From NCBI RefSeq assembly GCF_009914755.1, contig NC_060947.1: 64,000 nucleotides of DNA, one strand, 5' to 3'. A model generated the notes under the pieces. That model was given only the letters and a program-made list of their open reading frames with translations. It was not told where the DNA came from and made no database searches. Source of the stretch: the human T2T-CHM13v2.0 reference genome, Homo sapiens. Shown here piece by piece: positions 26,549-38,764 of this stretch (position 1 is the stretch's first letter; each line of letters begins with the position of its first letter). Both the position numbers and the translations under genes were made by a program.

Positions 26549-29500
26549 CTAGAGTACAACTCTCTTGTCCAGGCAGTGATGCAATTATGGCTCACTGGGG
26601 CCTCAATCTCTTCAGTCTAAGGTGATCCTCTTACCTCAGCCTCCCGAGTTGGTGGTACTACAGGCACGTGCCACCATGTGAGCTTAATTTTTGTATATTT
26701 TTTGTACAGACGAGGTTTTGCCATGTTGCTCAGGCTGGTCTTGAACACAGTCTCAGGCAATATGCCGGCTTAGGCTGCCAAAGTGTTGAAATTACAATTG
26801 TGAGCCACTGTGCCCGCCAGAACTACTTTTTAAATTTTTTTTTCAGATTGTTCACTGTTGGCATATACAAATGCTACTGATTTTGTTTGCTGAATTTATA
26901 TCCCACAACTTTACTGAATTCGTTTTTCAGTTCTAATAATTTCTTTGTGGAGTCTTTAGGATTGTGCAAATATAAAATCATGTCACCTGCAAATAAGAAT
27001 AATTTGATTTCTTCCTTTCCCATTTGGATGCCCTTCATTATTATTTTTTTCTTGTCTTGTTTCTCTAGATAGGACTTCCAGTACTATGTTGAATAACAGT
27101 GGTGAAAGTGCTTATTTTGTTCCAGGACTTAGAGGAAATATTTTCCACCTTTGCCCATTCAATATAATACTAACTGTGGGTCTGTAATATATGGCTTTTA
27201 TTATATTGAGGTATGTACTTTCTAGACCCATTTTTTTGAGGGTTGTCATTGTAAAGAGGTGTTTAATTCTTTTTCAACATCAATTGAAATGATCATATGG
27301 CTTTTGTCTTTCATTCTGTTGATGTGATGCACCAACAACATTAATTGACTTGTGTAAGTTGGACCATTTTTGCATCCCAGGGATGTATCCCACTTGGTCA
27401 TAATGAATGATCTTTTAATGTATTGTTGAATTCTGTTTGGCATATTTTTTGAGGATTTTTGCATAAATATTTATCAGATATTGGCCTATAGTTTTCTCTT
27501 TTCAATGTGTCTTTGTCTGGCTTTGATATCAGGCTAATACTGGCTTCATATAATAAGTATGGAGGTATTCCTTCCTCCTCTGTTTTTCAGAATAGTTTGA
27601 GTATAATTGGAATTCTCTTAAAAATTTTTCATAAAATTCAAGTGAAGTCATCAGGTCCCAGCCTTTTCTTTACTGGGGATCTTTTTATTATGGCTTCAAT
27701 CGTATTGCTATTGGTCTGTTCAGATTTCAGGTTTCTTTCTAGTTCAATCTTGGTAAGTTTATGTGTTTAGGAACTCGTTCATTTCTTCCAATTTATTGGC
27801 ATATAGTTGCTCATAGTAACCACTAATGTTCCTTTGCATTTCTGCAGTATCAGTTGTAACTTATTTGTTTTCACCTCTGACTTTATAAATTCATATCTTT
27901 TCTTATTTTTCTTAGTTATTCTGGATAAAGTTTTGTCGATTTTGTTACCTTTCCAAAAAACCAACTTTTTGTTTCATTCATCTTTTGTTTTCTTCACTTC
28001 CATTTTATTTATTTCTGCTCTGATGTTTATTATTTCTTTTAATAATTTCGTTTTCTTGAATTTTGCTTTTCTAATTTTTAAGATACATCATTAGATTGTT
28101 TGTTTGAAGTTTATCTTGTTTATCTCTGGTCTGAGGCACTTAAACCTGGGAGTGGACAGACCCAAGCACCCCTGTGGAAACAACCAGTGCGACTGTGCTG
28201 GGTCAGACCTGAGGCCAGCTCAGTGCTATGCCTCGCTCAAGGCCTTCTGTAACCACTCCTTTGATATTACCTATGTTCACTCAGGTTTCTGGGGCTCTAC
28301 AATCATCAGGTGACATAGGCAGCCAGGCTTGTACTCTTCCCTTCAAAGTAGTGCATTTCCTCTGGTCCTGGTTGATCCAGTTATGCCAACTGGGAGTCAG
28401 AGATTAGAGTCAGAAGCCTTGGAAGTCTATCTGGTATTGTAGTGTACTGCAGCTGAGCTTGTACTCAGACCACAAAATGCAGACTTTCCCATTCTTCCTT
28501 TATTTTTCCAAATGCAGAGGAGCCTCCTTACCCTGTAGCAATTGCCACCACAGATCACTGGGAGTTCTGCTAGGTTACTGTCGATGCTTTCTTAGGTAAG
28601 CTTTTGGTGAATGTTTCCTGGCTAGAATCTCACCTTTCAGGGCATTGGGCTCCCCTCTGGATCTAGCAGGTTTAGAAATGCCGTTCAAGTGTCAAGTCCT
28701 ATAATCAGGAACCTCAAAAGCCTGCTTGGTGCTCTATCCCTTTGTGGCCATGCTGGTACCTAAGGTGCAAGACAAAGTTCCCTTTACTTTTCCCTCTGCT
28801 TTTCTCAAGCCAAAGTTTTGACCCATAGCCACCACAGGTGGTAATGTGCTGAGTTTCACCTCGAGCCAGTACATCTCAGATGCTCACCAAGGCCCTCGAT
28901 GTAGTAACTGGGTATTTCTGATTATTATTCAGGGACCGAAGAGTCTTCAATTATCAGGTAATGAAAGCTGCCAGGACTAGTTCCTACCCTTCAAGGCAAT
29001 GGGTACCCTTCTGGCCCAGGGTATGTCTAGAAATGTTGTCTTAGAGCTAGGTCCTGGAACAGGGTCCTCATAACTCAGATCAGTGACCTATCCTGCTGCA
29101 GTTTAGCTGGTATCCTGGATCCATAATGAAATCTTCCCCACTCTCCCCTCTCCTCTCCTCAAGTGGAAGAAAGGGGACTTTTTTTATAGCCATGAGCTCC
29201 GCACTCTGGGGGTAGATGCCAGCACTCCCTTAGCCACCTTAGCTAGTGTCTCACTAGGTTACTTGCCTCCCCACCCCCAAGTCCACTGTGTTTGGCCCAG
29301 TTCAGCCTTAGGTCTCACCTAAGAGTTGTAGTCATTATGACCTTGACTTCATTTCAAATTTATTTAGAGACCCAGATACTTTGGCCCTTAGTGGCAAGGT
29401 TTGTACGAATTCGCGTTTGGATTGCTGGGATCAGTGATCCCCCGCTGGCTAGGCTAGGGCTGGTTTAAATGCTCCTTCCATGATTGGGTGTCAGTTGATT

Positions 29501-29846
29501 TTGGTTCTGTTTTCCTTTCTGTTCTAATGGAACAGAAATGAGTTCAATGCCTCATAATTGCTGAGTTCTCATTTCTCCAGTGTCCAGAGACAATCTCCAC
29601 ACAATACCACTGCTGCTACGGGAGTGGGGGAAAGGTGGCATCAGTGATTCAAGGCTGTTTTTTATATCTTGTCAGTGGGTCTTTCAGCAATACATAGTTA
29701 AAAATAGATACTATGAGTGCTCACCTGATTTTTGGTCCTTATGAGGTTGTCTTGTTTGTGTAGACAGTTGTTACATTGTTGTCCATGCAGGGGGAACAAT
29801 AAGTGGTGCTTTCTAGTCTGCCGTCTTGCTCCACCTCCCTCTCTCT
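24595..29846 (-). mobile_element. L1MA (L1MA1-3-like) with both ends present but an internal deletion
   Basis: 3'UTR ggggtacatgagatgttatgatacaagcatgcaat. ORF2 runs to ~28125 and joins directly to the 5'UTR, which ends ccgtcttgctccacctccc. Degenerate TSD ctgtaaacac / ctgtataccc. Confidence 0.88.
26514..26818 (-). mobile_element. AluJ (diverged) with a T33 tail, nested in L1MA ORF2
   Basis: Poly-T at 26514-26546, then a dimeric Alu body ending gagccactgtgcccgcc. Confidence 0.88.
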
Positions 29847-29939
29847 CTGTATACCCATTTTAAAGTTCTTTCTTAGCATTGCAAGCATGGAATTTTTCCA
29901 TGTCATTAAGAATATTGTGAAAATTATATTTTCATAGGT

Positions 29940-30960
29940 TTTGAAATAATGAGATATAATTTACTTAAAATGCATTGTACAAATCTTAAGGGTACAGTTT
30001 CAATGAGTTTTGACAAGTGCATACACTCATATAGTGAACACCTCATCATGATACAGAATATTTCCATCATCTCAGAAAGTTCCTGCAAGCCCTTTTCTAC
30101 TCAGTCACCCTCAGGAGAAAACCACTATTGTAATGCATTTTTACCATAGATTAGTTTCATCTGTTATTGAACATCACAAAATTTAATCATTCATTATGTA
30201 ATCTTTTGTGTCTACCTTTTTGTACTTAACAGAACATCTATGAGATTCATCCATGCTTTTGCATGTATAGTTAATACTTTAATAATATCCAATGATATAT
30301 ATATAACTTTTATATCCATCTCCTTCTAGTTCAATATATATACTATTTTCAATTTATAGTATTTATTACCTGAATAATGTGCTATCATATGGATATGCCT
30401 TTATGTTTCCATTTCTCGTGGACATTTACACTATTATCACATTCTGGTTATAAGCAATACTACAATCAGCATATTTATAAATAAACATTTGCTTGAGTAC
30501 ATGCTTATTTCCTAAAAATGTGGTTCTGGTAGAATTTCCCTGTTTGTCAGATATGGATATATTTTAAGACTTTGTTATAGTTTTATCAAATCATCTTCAG
30601 ATGTTCTTTACAAATTCACAATACTCATAATAATGAAAGTGACTTTATTACTCCCTATACTTGCCTAAAGTGATCATTAACATTATCAATTTTTTCAATT
30701 TGCACATCAATGTTCTTTTAATTTTGTCTTCAGTGGATATTAGTAAAAGTGACTATTTTGTTCATATACTGAACATTTATATTTCTTCTTCTATGGCAAC
30801 TATTAATAACCTTTTTTGCTTTACATTGGAAATTTGGGGTTTTATTAGTGATTTGTAGGTGCTTTAAAAACATAAATAAATTTTTCCTCATTGTTTGCCT
30901 TATTTGATACTCATAATATTTTACTAGTTAGATTGTTAGCATTTTAATTGTTTATTTTTA
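29940..30960 (-). mobile_element. Old L1ME/L1MD 3' fragments
   Basis: gagatataatttac..acaaatcttaagggtacagtttcaatgagttttgacaagtgcatacac..gaatatttccatcatctcagaaagttcc. Confidence 0.65.
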
Positions 30961-30977
30961 TATATACAGGCATACAT

Positions 30978-31704
30978 TTATTATTAATTGTGGCACAATA
31001 TGCATAACATAAAATTTATCATCTTAACCTTTTTAGTTATACAATTCAGTAGTGTTAAGTACAATCACGTTGTTTTGCAATCAACCTCCAGAGCTCTTTT
31101 CATCTTGCAAAACTGAAACTTTATGTCTAATAAACAATAACTCCCTGTTTTCCCTTCCCCACATTCTACCACCATTCTACTTTCTGTCTTTATATTTATA
31201 ACTACTCTAGGTATCTCATATACATGGTATCATATTGACATTTTTTGACTGCTGTAATTAATTTAGTATAATGTCCTCAACGTTCATACATGTTGTAGCA
31301 TGTGTCAAAATATCCTTCCTTTTTAAGCTGAAGAATATTCCATTGTATGTATATACCAAATTTTATTTATCCATTTATCCATCAAGGGATACTTGGGTTG
31401 CTTTCACGTTTTGGCTATTGTGAATAATACTGCTGTGAACATGGATATACAAATATCTCTTTGAGATCTTGCTTTCAAATCTTTTAGGTATATACCCAGA
31501 AGTAGAACTGCTAGCTCATATGGTAAATCTGTGTTTAGTTATATGAAAAAATGCCATATTGTTTTCCATAGTGGCTGCACCATTTTACATTCCTACCAGT
31601 AAAGCACAAGGGTTCCAATTTTTTCACACCCTCACCAACACTTACTATTTTCAGTTTTTGTTTGGTTTTGTTTTTTATAGTAGCCACCCTAATAAGGAGG
31701 TGGT
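30978..31704 (-). mobile_element. L1MB (L1MB3/4-like) 3' fragment
   Basis: cataacataaaatttatcatcttaacc..catcttgcaaaactgaaact..; the reverse translation includes ORF2 C-terminal remnants (EPLCFTGRNVKWCSH). Confidence 0.8.
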
Positions 31705-31822
31705 AACAGGTATATATATATACCTGTTCTATACATATATATATGTGTGTATATATATATATATATATACACACATATATATATACACACATATATACAT
31801 GTTCATACATATATATATATGT
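31705..31822. repeat. (TA)/(CA)/(TG) microsatellite with perfect palindromes
   Basis: Read directly: a 24-bp and a 50-bp perfect inverted repeat. Confidence 0.92.
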
Positions 31823-32899
31823 AGAAAATTATATCAGAATTTTCTATTGAGAATTTTTTTATGGCAAAAAAGTTCTTTCACAGCCTGTTACATTTTTTTA
31901 GTTTTCATTTACATAGGTTTAATTATTATTCTTCTGGTGTTCCCCAGTCTGATACTTTTCTCTAGATGTTTTTCAGGTTCACTCTTTTATATTTAATTTT
32001 TACTCCAAATTAGTTCTAATAAATGAATTCACTAAGACTTTTCTGGAACTCAAACTCTTCACCTACTAACCTGAAGGTCGTAGAGATTTTCACTGAGAAC
32101 AACTAAAAATTATATGCTTCTAATTAATTGTCAAAATGTTAATAATAAGTTTACAAAAATACATACAAAATACATGATGAAGATATGATACAACAGGTAA
32201 TATCATAATGGATGCTTAATTGGCAAGAAATTTGGTATTATGAAGAAATGAAAATTTTTTTTTGTCTGGAATTTTTATTTTTTAGGTCTCCACAGTAAAC
32301 TAAAGGAAATTCTATAAAAGATGTGTGCTTATTACAATAACAGAAAAAGTCATCAGTAACTAGACTGGCCAACAATGCAAAGATTATTTAAATTATGATA
32401 TATAATAATTTAGGTATCTTGTAGCCATTTGAAAAGAATGTATAACATGCAAAATGTTTTTGTCATAACTTCCATTGAAGAAAAATCTATGCACAGAAGG
32501 AGAACTCTATTAGGATGTACATTGAATTTTTAATGTTAATTATTGTTGAGTAATGAGACTATTTCTGATTTTTTCAAAAATATCTGTAATTTCCAAATTT
32601 TTTAAAGTTAACATTTATTACTTTTATAATGGAAAACAATAACCACATTTACTTAAATATAATACTAACTATCATGCATTGAATAATTTTCTGTGGTGTT
32701 TACATTCAATTTCCAATCTAATAATCACAATAAACATGTTAAACATGTGTGATTTCTTTCACACACATAGTTGTAATTCTGCTGGGCTCAGAGTCAGTGG
32801 TCATGAAGGGCATGGAATCTAGTGAGAAACCAGCCCAGACAGCTAAGGGAATGATTGCACCACCCCTTCCCTAATCCCAGGCAGCACAAGCTTCAGAAA

Positions 32900-33282
32900 C
32901 AAAACGTGGCACATATACACCATGGAATACTATGCAGCCATAAAAAATGATGAGTTCATGTCCTTTGTAGGGACATGAATGAAGCTGGAAACCATCATTC
33001 TCGGCAAACTATCTCAAGGACAAAAAACCAAACACCGCATGTTCTCACTCATAGGTGGGAATTGAACAATGAGAACACATGGACACAGGAAGGGGAACAT
33101 CACACACTGGGGACTGTTCTGGGGTGGGGGAGGGGGGAGGGATAGCATTATGTGATACACCTAATGCTGAATGACGAGTTAATGGGTGCAGCACACCAAC
33201 ATGGCACATGTATACATATGTAACAAACCTGCACGTTGTGCACATGTACCCTAGAACTTAAAGTATAATTTAAAAAAAAAAA
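32900..33282 (+). mobile_element. Short 3' L1PA4/5-like fragment with poly-A
   Basis: gtggcacatatacaccatggaatac..caaggacaaaaaacc..gtaccctagaacttaaagtataattt(a)11. Confidence 0.9.
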
Positions 33283-35437
33283 GTGATTTCTTCCTTCCAC
33301 TTGAAGAGAGGAGAAGAAAGAGTAAAGTGGGCTGTGCCTTGCATCCTGGATACCAGCTCAGCCATAATAAGCTAAGACACCCAGCACATTCGTGAGGCCC
33401 ACATTCCAGGCCCTAAATCCCAGATGACATTTCTAGACACACCCGGGGCCATAAGAGAACACATCACTTTGAAGGGAAGGACCTAGTCATGGCAAGAATT
33501 GTCACCTGATGAATAAGGAGCTCATGAGCCCCGAAGAACAAGCAGCAATACTCAGGTAGTACATCGTGGGTGCTGCATGAGATTCTGAGACATGCTGGCT
33601 TCAGGTAAAACCCAGTACACTCCAAGATTTGATGGCTAAAGTGAGAGATTCCTGTTTGAGAAAAGCAGGGGGAAATGTCAAGAGAAGCTTTGTACCTTAG
33701 GCACCAGCTCAGCCATAGTTGGGTTAGAACACCAAGAAGGATCTTGAGGTCACCGATTCCAGGCCTTGACTCTTGGATGGCATTTCGCGACCTGCCCTGG
33801 GCCAGAGGAAACCACAATGCCCTGAGGAGTATGTCTCAGGCCTGGAAGCAGTCACCACAGGCTGACAGAGGAGCCCTTGGGCCTTAATTGAACATTGGTG
33901 GTAACCTGGCGGTCCCTCGATGTGTTTTTAGTGGTGTTGGCCATGAGGAGAGGCTCCTTTGCCTGTGGAAAGGGAAGAAAAGAGTGGAAAAGGCTTTGTC
34001 TTGTAGTTTGAGTGACAGCTCAGCTGCAGTAAAATTGAGCACAAGATGCATTTCTAAGGTTTGTGACCAGTCCTTGGCTCCCAGACAGCATCTCTGGGCC
34101 TCCCCAGAGCCAGGGGAAACTGGATGCCTGGCTGGCTTCAACACTTGCTGATACTGGAGCCCTAGGGTTTTGATGGAACATAGGTTGTAGCCAGGTAGTG
34201 GTTACAGAGGGTCTTAGGTAAGACTACCCAGTTCTGTGCTGGCTTCAGGTCTGACCCAATGCGGTCCTAGTGGTTGTAGGCACAGGGCTGTTTATGCCAC
34301 TCTACCCCCAGCTGCAGGTGGCTCAAGGAAGGGAAATAGGGAGAGAAAGAGACAGAGAAAAAACTATGTCATTTGTTCAGGAGAAAGTAAAGGAAGAAAA
34401 CAAAAACATCTGCCTGGTAATCCAGATAATTCTTTCAGATATTACCCAAGACGACTGATACCTCTGTGAGTCTGCAAAAACCACAGCATTACTGACCTTG
34501 GAGTACCCCCAATGCAGATACAGCTTAGATCACAACATCCAAGTCCTTTCAAATACCCGGAAAGCTTTCCCAAGAAGAATTGGAAAGAACAATCCCAGAC
34601 TATGAAAACTACAATAAATACCCAACTTTTCAGTGCCCAAATATCTTTAAACATCCACAAGCATCAAGATCATCCAGGGAAACATGAATTCACCAGGAGA
34701 ACTAAGTAAGCCACAAGGGAACAATCCTGGAGAAACAGAGATATGCGACATTTCAGAGAGAATTCAAAATAGCTGTTTTGAGAAAACTGAAAAAAAATTA
34801 AGATGATACAGAGAACAAATTCAGAATTCTATCAGATAAATTCAACATAGGGATTGAAATAATTGAAAACAATCAAGCTGAAATTCTAGAGTCAAAAAAT
34901 GTAATTGACCATACTGAAAAATGCATCAGTCTTTTAATAGCAAAATTGATCAAGCAGAAGAATGAGTTAGTGAACTTAAGGACTGGCTATTTGAAAATAC
35001 ACAGTCAGAGGATGCAAAAGAAAATAGAATGAAAAACAATAAAGCATACCTACAGAATCTAGAAAACAACATCAAAGGGGCAAATTCAAGAGCTATTGGC
35101 CTTAAAGAGGAGGTATAGAAAGAGATGTGTGTAGAAAGTTTATTCAAATGAATAACAGAGAACTTCTTAAACTAGAGAAAGATATCAAGATTTAAGTATA
35201 AAAATGTTATAGAACAACCAAGCAGATTTAACCGAAGTAATAGTACCTCAAGAAATTTAATAATTAAACTCACAAAGTCAAAAGAATAAAGAAAGGATTC
35301 TGAAAAGAGCACGAGAAAATAAACAAATAACATATAATGGAGCTTCAATGCATCTGGCCACAGTCTTTTCAGTAGAAACCTTACAGGTCAGAAGAGAGTG
35401 GCATGAAATGTTTAAAGTGCTGAAAAAAATTACCCTA

Positions 35438-37919
35438 TTATATAGTTGGGACGTGTGTCACTGCCCAAATCTCATGTTGAAATGTCATCTCCAATGTTGG
35501 AGGTGAAGCCTGGTGGGAGGTGATTGAATTGTTGTGGCGATTTTTCTCATGAATGACTTAGCACCATCTCCTTGATGCTGTATTCACAACAGTGAGTGAT
35601 ACCTCGCAAGGTATCATTTAAAAGTGTGTGGCCCTTTTTGCTCTCTCTTGCTCCTGCCCTCACTAAGTGAGGTGCCTGCTCCTGCTTCACCTTCTGCCCT
35701 GATTACAAGTTTTCTGAGGCTTACCCAGAGGCGCATGCCACAGCTATGATTCCTGTGCAGCCTGCAGAACCAGGAGCCAATTAAACCTTTTTTCTTTTAA
35801 ATTACCCAGTCTCAGGTATTTCTTTGTAGCAATGTGAGAATGGCCTAATACAGAAAATTGGTACCGAAGAGTGCGGCATTGCTATAGAGATACCAGACAA
35901 TGTGGAAGCAGTTTTGGAACTGGGTAACAGGCAGAGGTTGTAAGATACTTTGGAAAGTTCAGAAGAAGACAGGAAGATGAGGGAAAGGTTGAAACTTCTT
36001 AGAGGCTGATTCAATGGTTGTAACCAAATTGCTGATAGTGATATGGACAGTGAAGGCCAGGCTTAGGAGGTCTCAGATGGAAATGAGAAACTTATTGAGA
36101 ACTGGAGCAAAGGTCATGCATGTTATGCCTTACCAAAGAGCTTGGCTGGATTGTGTCTATGCCCTAGGGATCTGTGAAAGTTTAAACTTCACAGTGATAA
36201 TTGAAGGTATTTGTCAAAATACATTTCTAAGCAGTAAAGTGTTCAAGAGGTGGCTTGGGTGCTTCTAACAACTGATGCTTAGATGTGGGGGTAAGTAAAT
36301 GACTTTAAGTTTGAACTTATATTTAGTAAGGAAGCAGAGAATAAAAGTTTGAAAAATTTGCAACCTGGCCTTGTGGTAGAAAAAAATGCCCATTTTCAGG
36401 AGAAGAAAACAATCCAGTTGCTCAGCGACCACTTGCTAGAGAAATTCACATAACTAAGAAGAAGGCAGGTGCTAATAGACAATATAATGGGAAAAACACT
36501 TTGAAGGCATTTCAGAAATCTAAGAGGCAACCCCTCTCATCAAACCACCTGAGGCCTAGGAGGACAGAATGGTTTTGTAGGAAAGTCCCAGGGCCCTGCT
36601 GCCCTGTGTAGCCTTGAGGTATTGCTCCCTACACCCCGGCCACTTAAGCTCCAGCCATGGCATGAAGGGGTACAAGTACAGCTTGGGCCACTGCTTCAGA
36701 GGGTGCAAGGTATAAGCCTTGGCAGATTTTATGGGATGTTAAGTCTGCAGGTGCATAGAATGAGAGAGTGTGCAAGGATTGGCACTGTCTACCTAGATTT
36801 CAGAAGATTTATGGGAAAGCCTGAGTGCCAAGCAGAAACCTGCTGCTGGGAGTTAGGAGCCCTCACAGATAACTTCTACTAGGGCATTGTAGAGAGGAAA
36901 TGTGGAGTTGGAGTCCCCAGCAAAAGCCCCACTGGAGTACTGCCTAGTAGAGCTATGAGAAGAGGGACACCATTCTCCAGATTACAGAATTGTAGACACA
37001 CTGGCATCTTGCACCCTGTGCCTAGAAAAGCCACAGACACTCAGCAACCTGTGAGAGCAGCCTCCAGGGCTGGACCCTACTAAGCCACAGGGACAGAGCT
37101 TCCCAAGTCCCTGGGAGCTTATTCCTTGCATCAGTGTACCCTGGATATTGGACATGAAATCAAAGGAGACTATTTTGGAGCTTTAATATTTAATGACTGC
37201 TCTCCTGGGTTTGGAACTTGTGTGGAGCCCTTAGCCACCTTCTTTTGGCTGATTTCTCCTTTATGGGACAGAAATGTTTAACCAATTCTTGTACCCCCAT
37301 TGTATTTTGGAAGTAACTAACTAGTTTATGATTTTGCAGGCTCAGAGGTGGAAAAAACTTGCCTTGTTTCAGATGAGACTTTGCACTTTGGACTTTCGAG
37401 TTAACACTGGAATGACTTAAGACTTTGGATGATTATTGGGGAGGCATGATTGTATTTTAAAATGTGAGATGGACATGGGATTTGGGAAGGGTTAGGATCA
37501 GAATAATATAGTTTGGATGTGTGCTCCCACCCAAATATCATGTTGAAATGTAATCCCCAATGTTGGAGGTGGGTCCTGGTTGGAGGGGATTGGATCATGG
37601 GGACAGTTGTCTCAAGAATGGTTTAACACCATCCCCTTGGTGCTGTCCTCATAATAGTGAGTGGTTTCTTGTGAGATCTGATCATTTAAAAGTATATTGC
37701 ACTCCCCCCTCTTTCTCTTGCTCCTTCTCCCACCATGTGAGGCTCCTGCTACCGCTTCATCTTTCACCATGATTGTATGCTTCCTGAGGCCTCCAAAGAA
37801 CCTGATACTGGAGCTATGCATCCATTAAAGTCTGCAGATTGTGAACCAATTATACCTCTTTTCTGATAAAGTACCCAGTCTCAGGTATTTTTATAGCAAT
37901 GCAAGAATAGTTTAATACA
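35438..37919 (+). mobile_element. Complete MSTA-like MaLR provirus (LTR 35438-35852, internal, LTR 37504-37919)
   Basis: Two similar ~415-bp LTRs. The internal region starts gaaaattggtacc and there is a purine tract before the 3' LTR. Perfect 5-bp TSD cccta at 35433-35437 and 37920-37924. Confidence 0.93.
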
Positions 37920-38363
37920 CCCTAGAATAGCATATCTAGTGAAGATACATTTTAAACATGAAAAAGAAACAGATACTTTCCCAGGCAAACAAAAGCTGAG
38001 GAATTTCATCAACACCAGACCTGTCCTAGAAAATGCCAAAGGGAATTCTTCAATCAGATAGAAAAGAACATTAATGGGTAACAAGAAATCATCTGAAGAT
38101 ACAAAACTTTTGATTTTGCAGGCTCATAGTTGGAAGAAACTTGCCTTGTAACTACACAGTAAAACACAGTATAACACTGTAATCGTGGTGTGTAAACAAC
38201 TCTTATCTTAAATATAAAGACAGAAATGTGAACCAGTAAAAATAATAACTACACCTTTTAAAGACATAGACAGTACAATTATATATAAATACACACAGCA
38301 AAATGTTAAGAAGTAGGGAATGAAGTAAAAGTGTAGAATGTTTACTAGTTTTCTTTTTGCTTT

Positions 38364-38764
38364 TATATTAGGCTGTTCTTGCATTGTTACAAATAAATAT
38401 CTGAGACTGGGTAATCTATAAAGAAAAGAGGTTTAATTCACTAACAGTTCTGCAGGATGTACAGGAATTATGGCTTCTGATGAGGCCTCAGAAAACTTTT
38501 ACTCATGGAGGAAGGCAAAGCCAGAACTTACACATCACATAGTTAAAAGCAGGAGTGAGAGAGAGAGACAGAGTAGGGAGGCGATGCCACACACTTTTAC
38601 AAGACCAGATCTTGTGAGAACTCACTCACTATCACAAAGAGAGCACCAAGCAATAAGAGATGCATTTCCATGACCCAAACACATCCCCCTAGGCCCCACT
38701 TCCAGCATTGGGGATTACAATTCAACATAAGATTTAAATAGACACACGTATCTAAATTATATCA
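38364..38764 (-). mobile_element. MSTA-like solo LTR
   Basis: tatattaggctgttcttgcattg..ctgagactgggtaat..ggggattacaattcaacataagattt..tatatca. TSD gcttt / gcttg. Confidence 0.88.

Noticed and set aside
31535-31996. ORFs rich in Y/I/H/T/C
   Set aside because: They are translations of TA/CA microsatellites plus L1 remnants. The same applies to 2064-2348 and 57155-57493.
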